This document shows positions 20,846 to 30,163 of a DNA stretch of 64,000 nt, piece after piece (position 1 is the stretch's first letter; each line of letters starts with the position of its first letter). The stretch is taken from the NCBI GenBank assembly GCA_018396695.1, contig JAGTQU010000006.1, positions 4,152 through 68,151 of the forward strand. Reading direction: 5' to 3'. Source of the DNA: Candidatus Bathyarchaeota archaeon. Its GTDB lineage: Archaea; Thermoproteota; Bathyarchaeia; TCS64. The position numbers and the translations under genes were made by a program. Under the pieces are notes generated by a model. The model worked only from the letters and a program-made list of their open reading frames with translations. It was not told the origin of the DNA and ran no database searches.

Positions 20846-21460
20846 ATGGATCCACTCAGAATCGTCATAGCTGGCGTAGGTGGACAGGGAACTCTCTTAG
20901 CCTCAAGGTTGATAGCTGAAGCAGCCATTAAAGCAGGCTATCCTGTAAAGATCGGTGAAACCTATGGGATGGCTCAAAGAGGCGGTCCTGTGATGAGCCA
21001 CATAACAATAGGCGAAGCCAGCAGTCCCCAAATTTGTCCTGGTGATGCTGATGTGTTGCTGGGCTTCGAAGAAGCTGAATCAGTCAGGCGTGGAGTCACC
21101 TATCTTAAAAGGAATGGTCTAGCCTTAGTTAATACTAGGAGAATGCCTCCTGCTGAAGTTGTATCAGGAATGGTGAAATATCCAAACAGGGATATTCTAA
21201 TTGGTTTACTGTCCGAGGTAACGAATAGGATCATATCCTTTGACGCTACAGCCTTAGCTGAGGAGGCGGGAGACCCTATAGCGACGAACATGGTTATGCT
21301 GGGAGCCTTATGCGCAAGCGGAGTACTCCCCTTCCCAGAGAAGGTTATTATCAATGTCTTGAAATGGAATCTGCCACAAAGGTATCACTCAACCAATCTA
21401 AAGGCATTCAAACTAGGACAGACCGCTGTACAACGCCAAATAGACAATAATAATCGTTAG
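20846..21460 (+). CDS. iorB: Indolepyruvate:ferredoxin oxidoreductase beta subunit
   Basis: GVGGQG, ETYGMAQRGGPV, NMVMLGAL; directly follows iorA. Confidence 0.92.
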   Translation: MDPLRIVIAGVGGQGTLLASRLIAEAAIKAGYPVKIGETYGMAQRGGPVMSHITIGEASSPQICPGDADVLLGFEEAESVRRGVTYLKRNGLALVNTRRMPPAEVVSGMVKYPNRDILIGLLSEVTNRIISFDATALAEEAGDPIATNMVMLGALCASGVLPFPEKVIINVLKWNLPQRYHSTNLKAFKLGQTAVQRQIDNNNR

Positions 21461-21498
21461 AAATCTAATCGCATAAACTCAAATGAATTTTTAGGTGT

Positions 21499-22662
21499 TC
21501 AGTTTCTGTGGCAGACTATTATTCCAGATTTTTCAAGTTTCTCTATCTTCTCTTTCGAATATCCTAGGATCGATGTCAACACTTCCTCGGTATGTTGGCC
21601 TAGTATCGGGGCAGGGTTCTCCACGATTCCTGGGGTTTCAGACATTTTAACTGGAAAGTTCGGCGTGGTATATGTTCCTGCAATAGGATGGTTGACTTGA
21701 ACGAACATGTCTCTAGCTTTAAGGTGGGGATCGCTCATGGACTCGTAGGCCTCGTATATTGGTGCAACCGGCATCCCAACGCTTACTAAAAACTCGAAAG
21801 CTTCTCTTCTAGTCATCTCCGCTACAATCTGCTCAAGATCCTGCCTATTCAAATCTTGCACACCTAGCTTCTCTTTAAGCTTCTCGATAGCCTTAGGTCT
21901 CTCTCCCGCTACCTGGATCCAGCCATCCTTAACTTTCATTATCCCCCAGATCCTGTTAGGATCTCTAGGCTGTCTTTTCCTAATCTCTGCAGTAGTTTCA
22001 CCGAATAGACTATACTCTGTAGTAACACAGGTGTTGAAAGAAGCCATGCAGTCCAACTGGCTCACGTCGATCATCTGCCCTTTACCTGTCTTGTCTCGAT
22101 ATCTTATAGCTGAGACTATGGAGAATGCTGCGAAGACTGCCGGTCCAAGGTCTCCGAGTGCCCCTGCCATGTTTATAGGCGGTCCATCGGGGTTAAAATT
22201 CTTCCCAGTAGCGAAAGTGTGCCCACTCATAGCCTCAGCGATGACCGCGTATGAGGCATAGTCTCTGTAAGGACCATACTGCCCAAAGCCTGAAAGAGCC
22301 GCGTAGATTATCCTAGGGTTGAGACTTTTTAGAGCGTCATAGCCTAAGCCGAGCTTCTCCATCGCCCCCGGAACCATGTTCTGGACTACAACATCGGAAC
22401 ACTTAACGAGGTCTTTCGCTATCTCTAAGCCTTCAGGAGCCTTTAGATCGATGGCGATATCCTTCTTGTTAATGTTAAGCGCATAGAAGTTCGATGCAAC
22501 GTTTTTAAATAGCGGTCCTGGACCTAGCCTGCCTATCTCTCCCCAAGGAGGCTCAACCTTGATGACCTCTGCACCTAGTTCTCCCAGCATCATGGTGCAG
22601 TATGGTCCAAACCAGACGTGGCTGAAGTCTAGTACTCTAATATCTTCGAGGATTTGCTTCAA
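21499..22662 (-). CDS. Class III CoA-transferase (CaiB/BaiF family)
   Basis: IRVLDFS...GP, GAEVIKVEPP.G, SGFGQYGPY, AP.LGQHTEEVL. Confidence 0.9.
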   Translation of the reverse strand: MKQILEDIRVLDFSHVWFGPYCTMMLGELGAEVIKVEPPWGEIGRLGPGPLFKNVASNFYALNINKKDIAIDLKAPEGLEIAKDLVKCSDVVVQNMVPGAMEKLGLGYDALKSLNPRIIYAALSGFGQYGPYRDYASYAVIAEAMSGHTFATGKNFNPDGPPINMAGALGDLGPAVFAAFSIVSAIRYRDKTGKGQMIDVSQLDCMASFNTCVTTEYSLFGETTAEIRKRQPRDPNRIWGIMKVKDGWIQVAGERPKAIEKLKEKLGVQDLNRQDLEQIVAEMTRREAFEFLVSVGMPVAPIYEAYESMSDPHLKARDMFVQVNHPIAGTYTTPNFPVKMSETPGIVENPAPILGQHTEEVLTSILGYSKEKIEKLEKSGIIVCHRN

Positions 22663-22812
22663 CTTGAATCAGAAAAAACATCTTATCCAATTAAAAAAGT
22701 TTATCAAGGAAGAATATTACCGATTGATTAAACTAATCTCTTTATATAAATTTTCTAACATATTTTTACAATTAGCTTTTTGGAAATCCATTATAATTCT
22801 ATTTTTATCAAA

Positions 22813-23538
22813 TTAAGAATTAGGGTTAGAAAGGTTAGGGTATCGGAGATCTACAACAGTTGTACCTGCAAATTTATCGAAGTATCTTATAAATCTCTGA
22901 TCTTTAATTTCATATCCCATGATCAAATCGAAGGGTAGTAGGAATACTTTGCCGAAATTCCTAACGGCTGCATGGTCGTAAAAGAGTTTTTTCCCATCTA
23001 TTCTCATTGTTCTTATTCCAATAAACCGTTTTCCCAAGGTCTGTCCTGAAAAACCCTCGAGAAGAGTTAGGTACACCCAAAAGAGGAATAGGAATAAGAG
23101 GATGTCAACGTTCATGAGAACGGCATGAGTTATTGGATAAAGAATATTCGGAATTCCAAAAATGAATCCGAAAGCTATTCCAAGGTCGATTAGGAAGGCG
23201 AATACTCGCTTTTTGAAATTGGCTAAGGGCAGTAGGGATTTTTTATCTTCATGTTTTGCCTCCACTGCCCATGCTTCAACATCCCTTATTAGAACCACAG
23301 CGTTTTGTCCAACTTTCCTTAGTTTATATTTCCCTACAGTGGTTCTTTCCAAAAAGGGTTCTAAATTTCGAAGATGAAAACTCAGCTTACCCGTATCTAT
23401 TTTTAGAGCGTTCATTAGGTCAGTGAAGGAGCTCTCTTCTTTTTCGTTAAGATACAGCAGTATTTCCCTTCTTAAGGGGTGTGATAGGGTTGATAGTATC
23501 TTTGATACGCTCTCTTGTTCAGTGGTCATCAATGACAC
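22813..23538 (-). CDS. ArsR-type wHTH fused to an RDD membrane domain
   Basis: LSHPLRREIL...TGKLSFHL, then KRVFAFLID...GQTLGKR...D.FAGTTVV. Confidence 0.8.
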   Translation of the reverse strand: MSLMTTEQESVSKILSTLSHPLRREILLYLNEKEESSFTDLMNALKIDTGKLSFHLRNLEPFLERTTVGKYKLRKVGQNAVVLIRDVEAWAVEAKHEDKKSLLPLANFKKRVFAFLIDLGIAFGFIFGIPNILYPITHAVLMNVDILLFLFLFWVYLTLLEGFSGQTLGKRFIGIRTMRIDGKKLFYDHAAVRNFGKVFLLPFDLIMGYEIKDQRFIRYFDKFAGTTVVDLRYPNLSNPNS

Positions 23539-23844
23539 TTTGCCTTTAGTTAAACTCCCTCTCAGATAAAGATATAGTTTAAGTCGATTCTAAGTTTTAA
23601 AGGCAATCAACCGTTCTTTTTACTAATCCCTCTCATTTTATGAGATTTTCCAATTTTGTGGATCTCATTAAAAGATAAGAAAACTGTTTTAGATTTTAGA
23701 TAGAGTTAGATTGACTAATACTTTACCATATGCGATTTTAGACATCTAATCTGAAAGAGATTATTAATCTGAGGAAATTTGCTTGTTTAGGTTGCTGATG
23801 AATCAACGTTATATTGGAGATATACACTTACCGATCCATTTACG

Positions 23845-25002
23845 GTGAATCAGAGGTTGCTTAAACTTCGAGGTCTATTGATTGGTGGTTTCACAGCGTT
23901 ACTCTTTTTAAATCTAATCAACTCCTCTTACTCAACTATTCTAACTCTTATAAAAAAAGACTTATCGCTAAGCTACATGATGAGTGGTGCATTGACTTCT
24001 TTCTACTTCATAGGGTACGCGGCTGGTCAAATACCTTGGGGTTTTTTAACTGATCGGTATGGCTCAAGAAGAATAATGCCCCTCAGTTTACTCGGTACAG
24101 CTATAGCAAGTATCGTGTGCGGTTGGATGAATGATGTTACACAGATCCTAGTTGCCAGGTTCTTCGCGGGATTACTTGGTGCTGGATTATTCGTCCCCTC
24201 GGTCAAAATGATAAGCCAATGGTATTCTTCCGATGAACGAGGTGCAGCCTTGGGAGTTTTAAATATTGGAGGAAGCATTGGTTTAATCCTTGCATCGTTG
24301 CTCTCACCATACTTATCAATTAGCGCAGGTTGGCGAGGGGTTCTCGTTATTCTTGGGATAGTAGGCGCATTGTCCTCTGGCATAGCCTACGCGAGCTTAA
24401 AGGATCGCGTTTCTGAATCTTCAAGAAACGATTATGACTTGTTGAAGGCTTTTAAGCACTCGAGCTTCTGGATTTTAGGCTTCTTACAGTTTATACGATT
24501 AGGCGCGTACTACACTTTCATCTCCTGGTTTCCCATCTTCCTCCAAGAGGAAGCAAGTTTAGACCTAGTAGTAGCCGGTTTCGCTTTTTCTCTTTTCAAT
24601 ATTTCAGGGATGATCTCAAATCCGCTAGGAGGCTTCTTTTCAGATAAAATAGGTGAGAAGTTTGTGATGATACTCTCTTTTGGCATTCTAGCCGGCTTTA
24701 TTTTGATTCTAATCCAATTCAAAATACGGTCTCTATTATATGTTACAATCTTCATCATAGGATGGTTCATAAACTTTGTTCGAAGCCCGATGTTTACAAT
24801 TATACCGCGAATATATGGTTCCTCAGCTGTTGGAAAACTGTCTGGGGTTCAGAACACCTTCGCATCGATAGGAGCCTTGACTCTTCCGCTCATGCTTGGA
24901 TATGTGAAAGACGCTACTTGTTCGTATCACCTCGGCTGGGCGATCCTTTCGATACTGTTTCTCATAGGTGTTGTTCTTTACCTCTTATTAGAGAGGGACT
25001 AG
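23845..25002 (+). CDS. MFS transporter
   Basis: About 12 TM helices; motif A GFLTDRYGSRR and GFFSDKIG. Confidence 0.88.
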   Translation: MNQRLLKLRGLLIGGFTALLFLNLINSSYSTILTLIKKDLSLSYMMSGALTSFYFIGYAAGQIPWGFLTDRYGSRRIMPLSLLGTAIASIVCGWMNDVTQILVARFFAGLLGAGLFVPSVKMISQWYSSDERGAALGVLNIGGSIGLILASLLSPYLSISAGWRGVLVILGIVGALSSGIAYASLKDRVSESSRNDYDLLKAFKHSSFWILGFLQFIRLGAYYTFISWFPIFLQEEASLDLVVAGFAFSLFNISGMISNPLGGFFSDKIGEKFVMILSFGILAGFILILIQFKIRSLLYVTIFIIGWFINFVRSPMFTIIPRIYGSSAVGKLSGVQNTFASIGALTLPLMLGYVKDATCSYHLGWAILSILFLIGVVLYLLLERD

Positions 25003-25551
25003 AGTTTTAAGAAGATCAGCTTTGGTAACTATCCCGACGACTCTCCCTTTTCTCGAAACAATCACGGCTGGATAGATCTTCAGAAGGCTTGTTACAACGG
25101 AGATTGGGGCATCCTCGCCAATCTGAGGGAAAGCCTCCTCCACTATGCTTGATACTGGTTTACTCGTCAGATTTCCTTTACCCTTGCTGTTAATGATCTT
25201 TTCAACGATCGTTCTCTCAGATATGCTTCCGATGAGCTTCTCATCTTCGAGGACTGGGAGTTGAGAATACCCATATCTGCTCATTAATTCGATGGCCGTT
25301 TGAACTTGGTCGCCCATCTTTACGCTGACAACGTTAGACGTCATGATGTCCGAGGCTTTTACCTCGGTTTTTTGCTCCTGCTTCTCCAGAGCTTCAATGA
25401 TGGCTTTAACCTTAATATACGATGGCTCTATCTTCCTTGCCTCAAGTTTAGCGATGTAAGATTGGCTAACCTGTGCTAATGTCGCCAGTTCCGACTGGGT
25501 TAACCCCAGTTTCCTCCGTCTCGTTGCTATGGTCTGGATCTCGGGAAGCAT
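24988..25551 (-). CDS. XRE-HTH plus CBS-pair transcriptional regulator
   Basis: RRKLGLTQSELA...SQSYIAKLE and two CBS repeats; start moved to ATG at 25551, which has an AGGAGG SD (25561-25566). Confidence 0.88.
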   Translation of the reverse strand: MLPEIQTIATRRRKLGLTQSELATLAQVSQSYIAKLEARKIEPSYIKVKAIIEALEKQEQKTEVKASDIMTSNVVSVKMGDQVQTAIELMSRYGYSQLPVLEDEKLIGSISERTIVEKIINSKGKGNLTSKPVSSIVEEAFPQIGEDAPISVVTSLLKIYPAVIVSRKGRVVGIVTKADLLKTLVPL

Positions 25552-25576
25552 ATTTAATTTCCTCCTATAACCTTTT

Positions 25577-25607
25577 AATATTCTTTTTGGAATATTTTCT
25601 TTTATAA
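25577..25607 (-). promoter_or_regulatory. TATA box with downstream palindrome AATATTC-N6-GAATATT
   Basis: Perfect 7-bp inverted repeat at 25577-25596 next to TTTATAAA at 25600-25607, upstream of the HTH-CBS gene. Confidence 0.4.
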
Positions 25608-25684
25608 AAATAACCAAATGAATTTTTAATAATTCTCTTTACCCTAGGAATTTTTATAGTAGCCTTCTTTAGTTTGAATAGACA

Positions 25685-27004
25685 ATGCTGCTGCACATAG
25701 GTTTAGATGATACCGATTCACCTACAGGAGGGTGCACTACTTACATAGCTGCTATTCTAGTTGAAAAACTAACCCATCTAGGCGTAAATTTCATCGATTA
25801 TCCCCATCTTATTAGACTTAACCCGAATATCCCTTGGAAGACTAGAGGAAATGGATCCATCTGCCTCAGAGTCGAAGCCCATGAAGGCATTGAAGGCGAA
25901 ATAAAGAAGACTGTAATAGAAGCTGTAGAAGCCTTCTCCGACTATGAATGTGAGAATACTAATCCTGGGATAGTCTTCTACAAAGGAGACGATATACCAA
26001 TGTCTCTGAAAGATTTTGCTTTAAAAGTCGTTCAGGGTGTAGTGAGCTTAGAGGATGCTTTAGACCTTATTAACGATGTAGGTGGAACAGCCATAGGATA
26101 CAAAAATATGAGGGGGATAATAGGTGCAACTGCAGCTATTGGAAACTGTTTGGAGGAGGATCATTCTTACGAGTTCATTGCGTATAGAAGCCCGGAACAT
26201 AGATGCAAAATTAGAGTGATCGATGAAAAATCTGTATATGAAATGGATGAAGCGATGAGAGGAGAGACGTTCAACAACGTAGATAGAAAAAAGAACCGGA
26301 TTTTGATTACTCCTCATGGCCCCGACCCTGTTATATTCGGTGTGAGAGGTGAATCGGCGGAATCAGTTCGCAAAGCAGGTTTTATGATCAAGGTTGGAGA
26401 GGAGATTGAACGTTGGGTTATCTTCCGAACCAATCAAGGAACCGATGCTCATTTGCAGAAAAGAATAAAAATTTCTGATGTGAAGCGTTATTATCCTGCG
26501 GTTATCGAAGTAGAAGTTGTCAGTAAGCCTAAAATTATCGATGGGGGTCATGTAATCTTTCAAACTAGGGATGAAACCGGTTACATAGATTGTGCCGCTT
26601 ATGAGCCTACAGGTGACTTTCGAGAGGTCGTTAGAAGTCTCATAAATGGAGATTCTGTGAGAGTATATGGAGGAGTCAAATCTGCTCAAGAGACTTTAAA
26701 TCTTGAAAAAATAGAGGTACTAAAACCGGCTAGAATAGTTAAAATGGAGAACCCATACTGTCCTAGGTGTGGTGGAAGAATGGAGTCGATGGGCAGGGGG
26801 GGAGGATTCAGGTGTAGGAAATGTAGATTTAAGGATCCTAGTCTTTCGAAGATCCAATCAGAGTCTCCAAGAAGTCTTGCCTTAGGCATCTATCTTCCAA
26901 CACCGAGTGCACAGAGGCATCTTACTAAGCCACTTGAAAGATATGGTAAGGAAAAAAGTACTTATAAACTGAGGATGCTCGAAGAGCCTTGGCATTGGCC
27001 TTGA
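25685..27004 (+). CDS. tiaS: tRNA(Ile2) agmatinylcytidine synthase
   Basis: IGLDDTDS..GGCTT, RLNPNIPWKTRGNG, PHGPDPVIFGVRG, TNQGTD, AYEPT, Zn ribbon. Confidence 0.95.
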   Translation: MLLHIGLDDTDSPTGGCTTYIAAILVEKLTHLGVNFIDYPHLIRLNPNIPWKTRGNGSICLRVEAHEGIEGEIKKTVIEAVEAFSDYECENTNPGIVFYKGDDIPMSLKDFALKVVQGVVSLEDALDLINDVGGTAIGYKNMRGIIGATAAIGNCLEEDHSYEFIAYRSPEHRCKIRVIDEKSVYEMDEAMRGETFNNVDRKKNRILITPHGPDPVIFGVRGESAESVRKAGFMIKVGEEIERWVIFRTNQGTDAHLQKRIKISDVKRYYPAVIEVEVVSKPKIIDGGHVIFQTRDETGYIDCAAYEPTGDFREVVRSLINGDSVRVYGGVKSAQETLNLEKIEVLKPARIVKMENPYCPRCGGRMESMGRGGGFRCRKCRFKDPSLSKIQSESPRSLALGIYLPTPSAQRHLTKPLERYGKEKSTYKLRMLEEPWHWP

Positions 27005-27069
27005 ATCAATTTTCCTTATCCTTTTCTTAGGGCTGGGAAAATGTTAAAAACTATATCTTTCAGATCTTA

Positions 27070-27333
27070 TTGAATGAGATGAGTCTTAAAGAGATTCGAG
27101 AGATTCTAGAGCATTTTCATCGCCGAGCTATTGCAAGATACTGTTTAGAACCAAGAACTTTTGAGGAGATCATCAACTATATGATGGAGAAGACTGATTG
27201 GAACCATGATCTTGCTTATGTTTTAGTAGGTGAACATTTAGCCGTATTGGAGAAAAGTCATATAGTTATAAATGTAAGTGGGAAATGGGTTACCTCAAAA
27301 TCTGCAGCTGAGGTTTTAAAGAAGTATTTTTAA
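27070..27333 (+). CDS. Small hypothetical protein (wHTH-like)
   Basis: 87-aa ORF with a helical pattern ending in a beta-hairpin (VSGKWVT). Confidence 0.55.
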   Translation: MNEMSLKEIREILEHFHRRAIARYCLEPRTFEEIINYMMEKTDWNHDLAYVLVGEHLAVLEKSHIVINVSGKWVTSKSAAEVLKKYF

Positions 27334-27439
27334 TTTTTACCTCCTTATCTTTGAAACTCTAGTAATCATAAGATTCATTGAGTTTAAATAGATCAAAAGG
27401 TTTGAATATGAAAGTCAAATAATCTTGAGCTGATTCAAA

Positions 27440-28144
27440 ATGCTTTCACCTAGAGACTATGATGAGGCAATCACTATATTTTCTCCAGAGGGGAGACTAT
27501 ACCAAGTCGAGTACGCTATAGAACTAGTGAAGAGGGGCGCACCGATCTTAGGGATTTCATCCTGTGAAGGGGTAGTCTTAGCTGCTAGCGAGCGTTTAGA
27601 GCGCCCATTACAGGATCCTAAGTATAACTGGAAGATATTTCAACTGGATGAGCATATGGGTGTGGCTATTGCTGGTCTAAGCTCGGATGCTCGTGTCCTC
27701 ATAGAGCAGGCTAGGATATTTTGTCAGCAGAACAGGATGATCTATGATGAGTCGGCGAGTGTTGAATCAATCGCAAAATTAGTAGGTGATCAAGCTCAAA
27801 TATATACTCAATATGCTGGTGTCCGCCCTTTCGGAGTAAGTTTGATTATAGGAGGGGTTGATCAAAGCGGGTCAAGGGTGATGGCTACTGATCCAAGCGG
27901 TTCATATAGGGTATTCAAGGCGATCGCGATAGGTAGAAAAAGCGACGAGGCTAATAAGCTTCTAGATGAAAGGTATCATGATGATATAACGCTTAAGGAT
28001 TCGATAAAACTCGCCTTCGAGACTATTGGTTTAGCCTCTGAGGAGAAAGAGCCTCTAAAAAACATCAAAGTCGCTGTAATTCCGTCGAAAAATCCTATAT
28101 TTAGAAGGCTATCCTTCGCCGAAGTTGAGGAGTATCTTAAATAA
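27440..28144 (+). CDS. psmA: Proteasome alpha subunit
   Basis: YDEAITIFSPEGRLYQVEYA, GL.SDAR, RPFGVS, TDPSGSY. Confidence 0.93.
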   Translation: MLSPRDYDEAITIFSPEGRLYQVEYAIELVKRGAPILGISSCEGVVLAASERLERPLQDPKYNWKIFQLDEHMGVAIAGLSSDARVLIEQARIFCQQNRMIYDESASVESIAKLVGDQAQIYTQYAGVRPFGVSLIIGGVDQSGSRVMATDPSGSYRVFKAIAIGRKSDEANKLLDERYHDDITLKDSIKLAFETIGLASEEKEPLKNIKVAVIPSKNPIFRRLSFAEVEEYLK

Positions 28145-28182
28145 TCTGAGAGCGTTATTTTAGCAAGATTTAACAATAGAAT

Positions 28183-28851
28183 ATGGGATGTTTTTTGGAT
28201 TTCTCTCTCATCATCTTGGCTGGAGGTAGATCTAGGCGCATAGATGAAGATAAAGGTTTAAAGATACTTGCAGGCGAACCACTTATAAATCATGTTATGA
28301 GCAGATTCTCAAATTTCGTGGATGAGATCATTGTCGTATTAAAATCGGAGATTCAAAAAAGAGCGTACAGTCAAGTTTTAGAAAATGATGCTCGTCTTTT
28401 AATAGATTTAGATAAGGGAGAGTCCCCCCTCGTAGGCGCTTTAACAGGATTCAAAGAGTCGAATGCGGCTTACGCCTTTCTTACAGGATGTGACACGCCA
28501 TTTATCTCCACCGCAGCTATCAGGCTTCTTTTGGAAAATGTTAGAGGATTTGATGCAGCAACTTTCCAGTGGCCTAATGGGTGGATTGAACCGCTTACCG
28601 CAGCTTACAGGATTGAGCCTTCGATGAGATTGGCTAAGGCATATTATATGCAGGGCGAACTAAGACTTAGAAAGGTTCTAACCTCTTTGCCTAGATTAAA
28701 GATTCTACCGGTTAGTATGCTTCAAGATTTTGATCCAAACTTGCTCACCTTCTTCGACCTAGACACGCTTGAAGACTTTCAAAAGGCTGAAAAAATATTA
28801 AAGGGAGCGGAAGTCGCTCACTTTTCTAGTAGGAGATTCTCAAATATTTAG
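28183..28851 (+). CDS. mobA: Molybdenum cofactor guanylyltransferase
   Basis: ILAGGRSRR..DKG, SPLVG, GCDTPF, EPL.A.Y. Confidence 0.88.
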   Translation: MGCFLDFSLIILAGGRSRRIDEDKGLKILAGEPLINHVMSRFSNFVDEIIVVLKSEIQKRAYSQVLENDARLLIDLDKGESPLVGALTGFKESNAAYAFLTGCDTPFISTAAIRLLLENVRGFDAATFQWPNGWIEPLTAAYRIEPSMRLAKAYYMQGELRLRKVLTSLPRLKILPVSMLQDFDPNLLTFFDLDTLEDFQKAEKILKGAEVAHFSSRRFSNI

Positions 28852-29321
28852 ACTTCGACTTCATTAATCTTCTTTAATTTTATGGTTAATATGCCATTCT
28901 TGAGTTCTGTCTTGCCATCTTCCTTGTACAGTGTTTTCTGAGGTATCGGGATGGTTGCATAGAATTGCTTGGCTTCTATTACCATGTCATTCTCTTTCTT
29001 TTCGATTTTTATATCCTCTTTCTCGACTCCCGGCAGTTCGACAATGATCTGAATTTCGTCACTTGTTTCTATGATATCGTATAGAGGTTCCCTCCTGTTT
29101 CGATTCGATGAATCAGGGTTTATTTTCAATGGTTCATTTGGACTCGTTATTTTGAAGAATCCTCTAGCAATGAATCCTTCAACCCCTTCTTTTTGGATTG
29201 GTTCTACGCTCCATTCCCCTTCAAGCTCATCGTTTTTTAGTATTTCATCAAAGCTTCTGAAGAATTCTTCAGAGAGTCCGCTTAATCTCTCAATCTCTTT
29301 GAAAAGTTCATCAAAGTTCAT
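28848..29321 (-). CDS. Small heat shock protein (Hsp20)
   Basis: REPLYDI...ELPGVEKEDI...KNGILTIKL alpha-crystallin domain. Confidence 0.88.
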   Translation of the reverse strand: MNFDELFKEIERLSGLSEEFFRSFDEILKNDELEGEWSVEPIQKEGVEGFIARGFFKITSPNEPLKINPDSSNRNRREPLYDIIETSDEIQIIVELPGVEKEDIKIEKKENDMVIEAKQFYATIPIPQKTLYKEDGKTELKNGILTIKLKKINEVEV

Positions 29322-29743
29322 TCTTCCATCACCTCCATTTTTCTTAAGGTATCTTCCATCTTTCGAAGCAGAATGCTGGTCATCATAAACTGGATCTCCC
29401 CCATTCTGGTCAGTTTATATTTGCCTTTGTCATCTTTCTTGATGATTCCAACCCTCTGTAGTTTTCTTGTCCCCTCGGATACTATTTTAGGATTCATATC
29501 AAGTTCGTGCATTAGTTCTGTGAAAGCCTTGCAACGATCAGATGCTTCGAAGAAGGCTCTCATCATCTTGATGCGGCTAGCGTTCGAATATATATCGAAT
29601 AATCCACTTATTTTTTCTAGCTCGTCATCGAGTCTATTCAGTTCCATGTTGAGCTCTTCAAAGTTCCAATCGTCTGCAGATAGGGGGATTTCGAGTAGGA
29701 TTCTATCATCTTCAACCAACATTAGCTTCAACATGGTGCTCAC
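29318..29743 (-). CDS. wHTH (ArsR-like) transcriptional regulator, coupled to Hsp20
   Basis: SNASRIKMM...FTELMHELDMNPKIVSE...GKYKLT; 4-nt overlap with hsp20; likely start is ATG at 29734 after a GGTGA SD. Confidence 0.75.
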   Translation of the reverse strand: MSTMLKLMLVEDDRILLEIPLSADDWNFEELNMELNRLDDELEKISGLFDIYSNASRIKMMRAFFEASDRCKAFTELMHELDMNPKIVSEGTRKLQRVGIIKKDDKGKYKLTRMGEIQFMMTSILLRKMEDTLRKMEVMEE

Positions 29744-29744
29744 C

Positions 29745-29794
29745 TTACCATTAGGTAAGTTACCAAATGGTAATTACCAAAAGGTATTTATAAA
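29745..29794 (-). promoter_or_regulatory. Three tandem TTACC-N4-GGTAA palindromes plus TATA box
   Basis: TTACC-atta-GGTAA (29745-58), TTACC-aaat-GGTAA (29760-73), TTACC-aaaa-GGTAT (29774-87), TTTATAAA (29787-94). Confidence 0.75.
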
Positions 29795-29860
29795 CTTTGC
29801 GGCTAAAACCGAAACATATAATTTATCTTTAGTGCAGGAATAATAACAGGAGGATCAGGA

Positions 29861-30163
29861 ATGCCTGGGAAAAAGAGCGTCAGCAAAGTTGAAAAAAGGC
29901 AGACAGTAAAGGAAAAGACTGCTAAAAAAGAAGCCAAGTTTGAGAAGACTATTGGAGCTTTAGACCTCCCTAATGTAAATGAAAGCGAGTTAATGAACCA
30001 TCTAAGCAAGATAAAGGCGATAACGCCTGCAGAGCTTGCAATACAATTCAACATTAAAGTAAGCTCAGCTAAGAAGTTGCTAGAGACTCTGAAGGAAAAT
30101 CAGATAATCAGTCTAGTGGCGAAAAGCCATAATTTGAAGGTATACGCGCTCAAGCAGAGTTGA
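29861..30163 (+). CDS. rps25e: 30S ribosomal protein eS25
   Basis: Basic N-terminus (MPGKKSVSKVEKRQ) and wHTH KAITPAELA...IKVSSAKKLL. Confidence 0.75.
   Translation: MPGKKSVSKVEKRQTVKEKTAKKEAKFEKTIGALDLPNVNESELMNHLSKIKAITPAELAIQFNIKVSSAKKLLETLKENQIISLVAKSHNLKVYALKQS

Noticed and set aside
18688-25002. tRNA-Val-anchored integrated element
   Set aside because: No integrase and no duplicated tRNA 3' end seen in the window.
29745-29787. Possible mini-CRISPR
   Set aside because: Units are 14 bp with 0-1 nt gaps and there are no cas genes; it fits an operator array.
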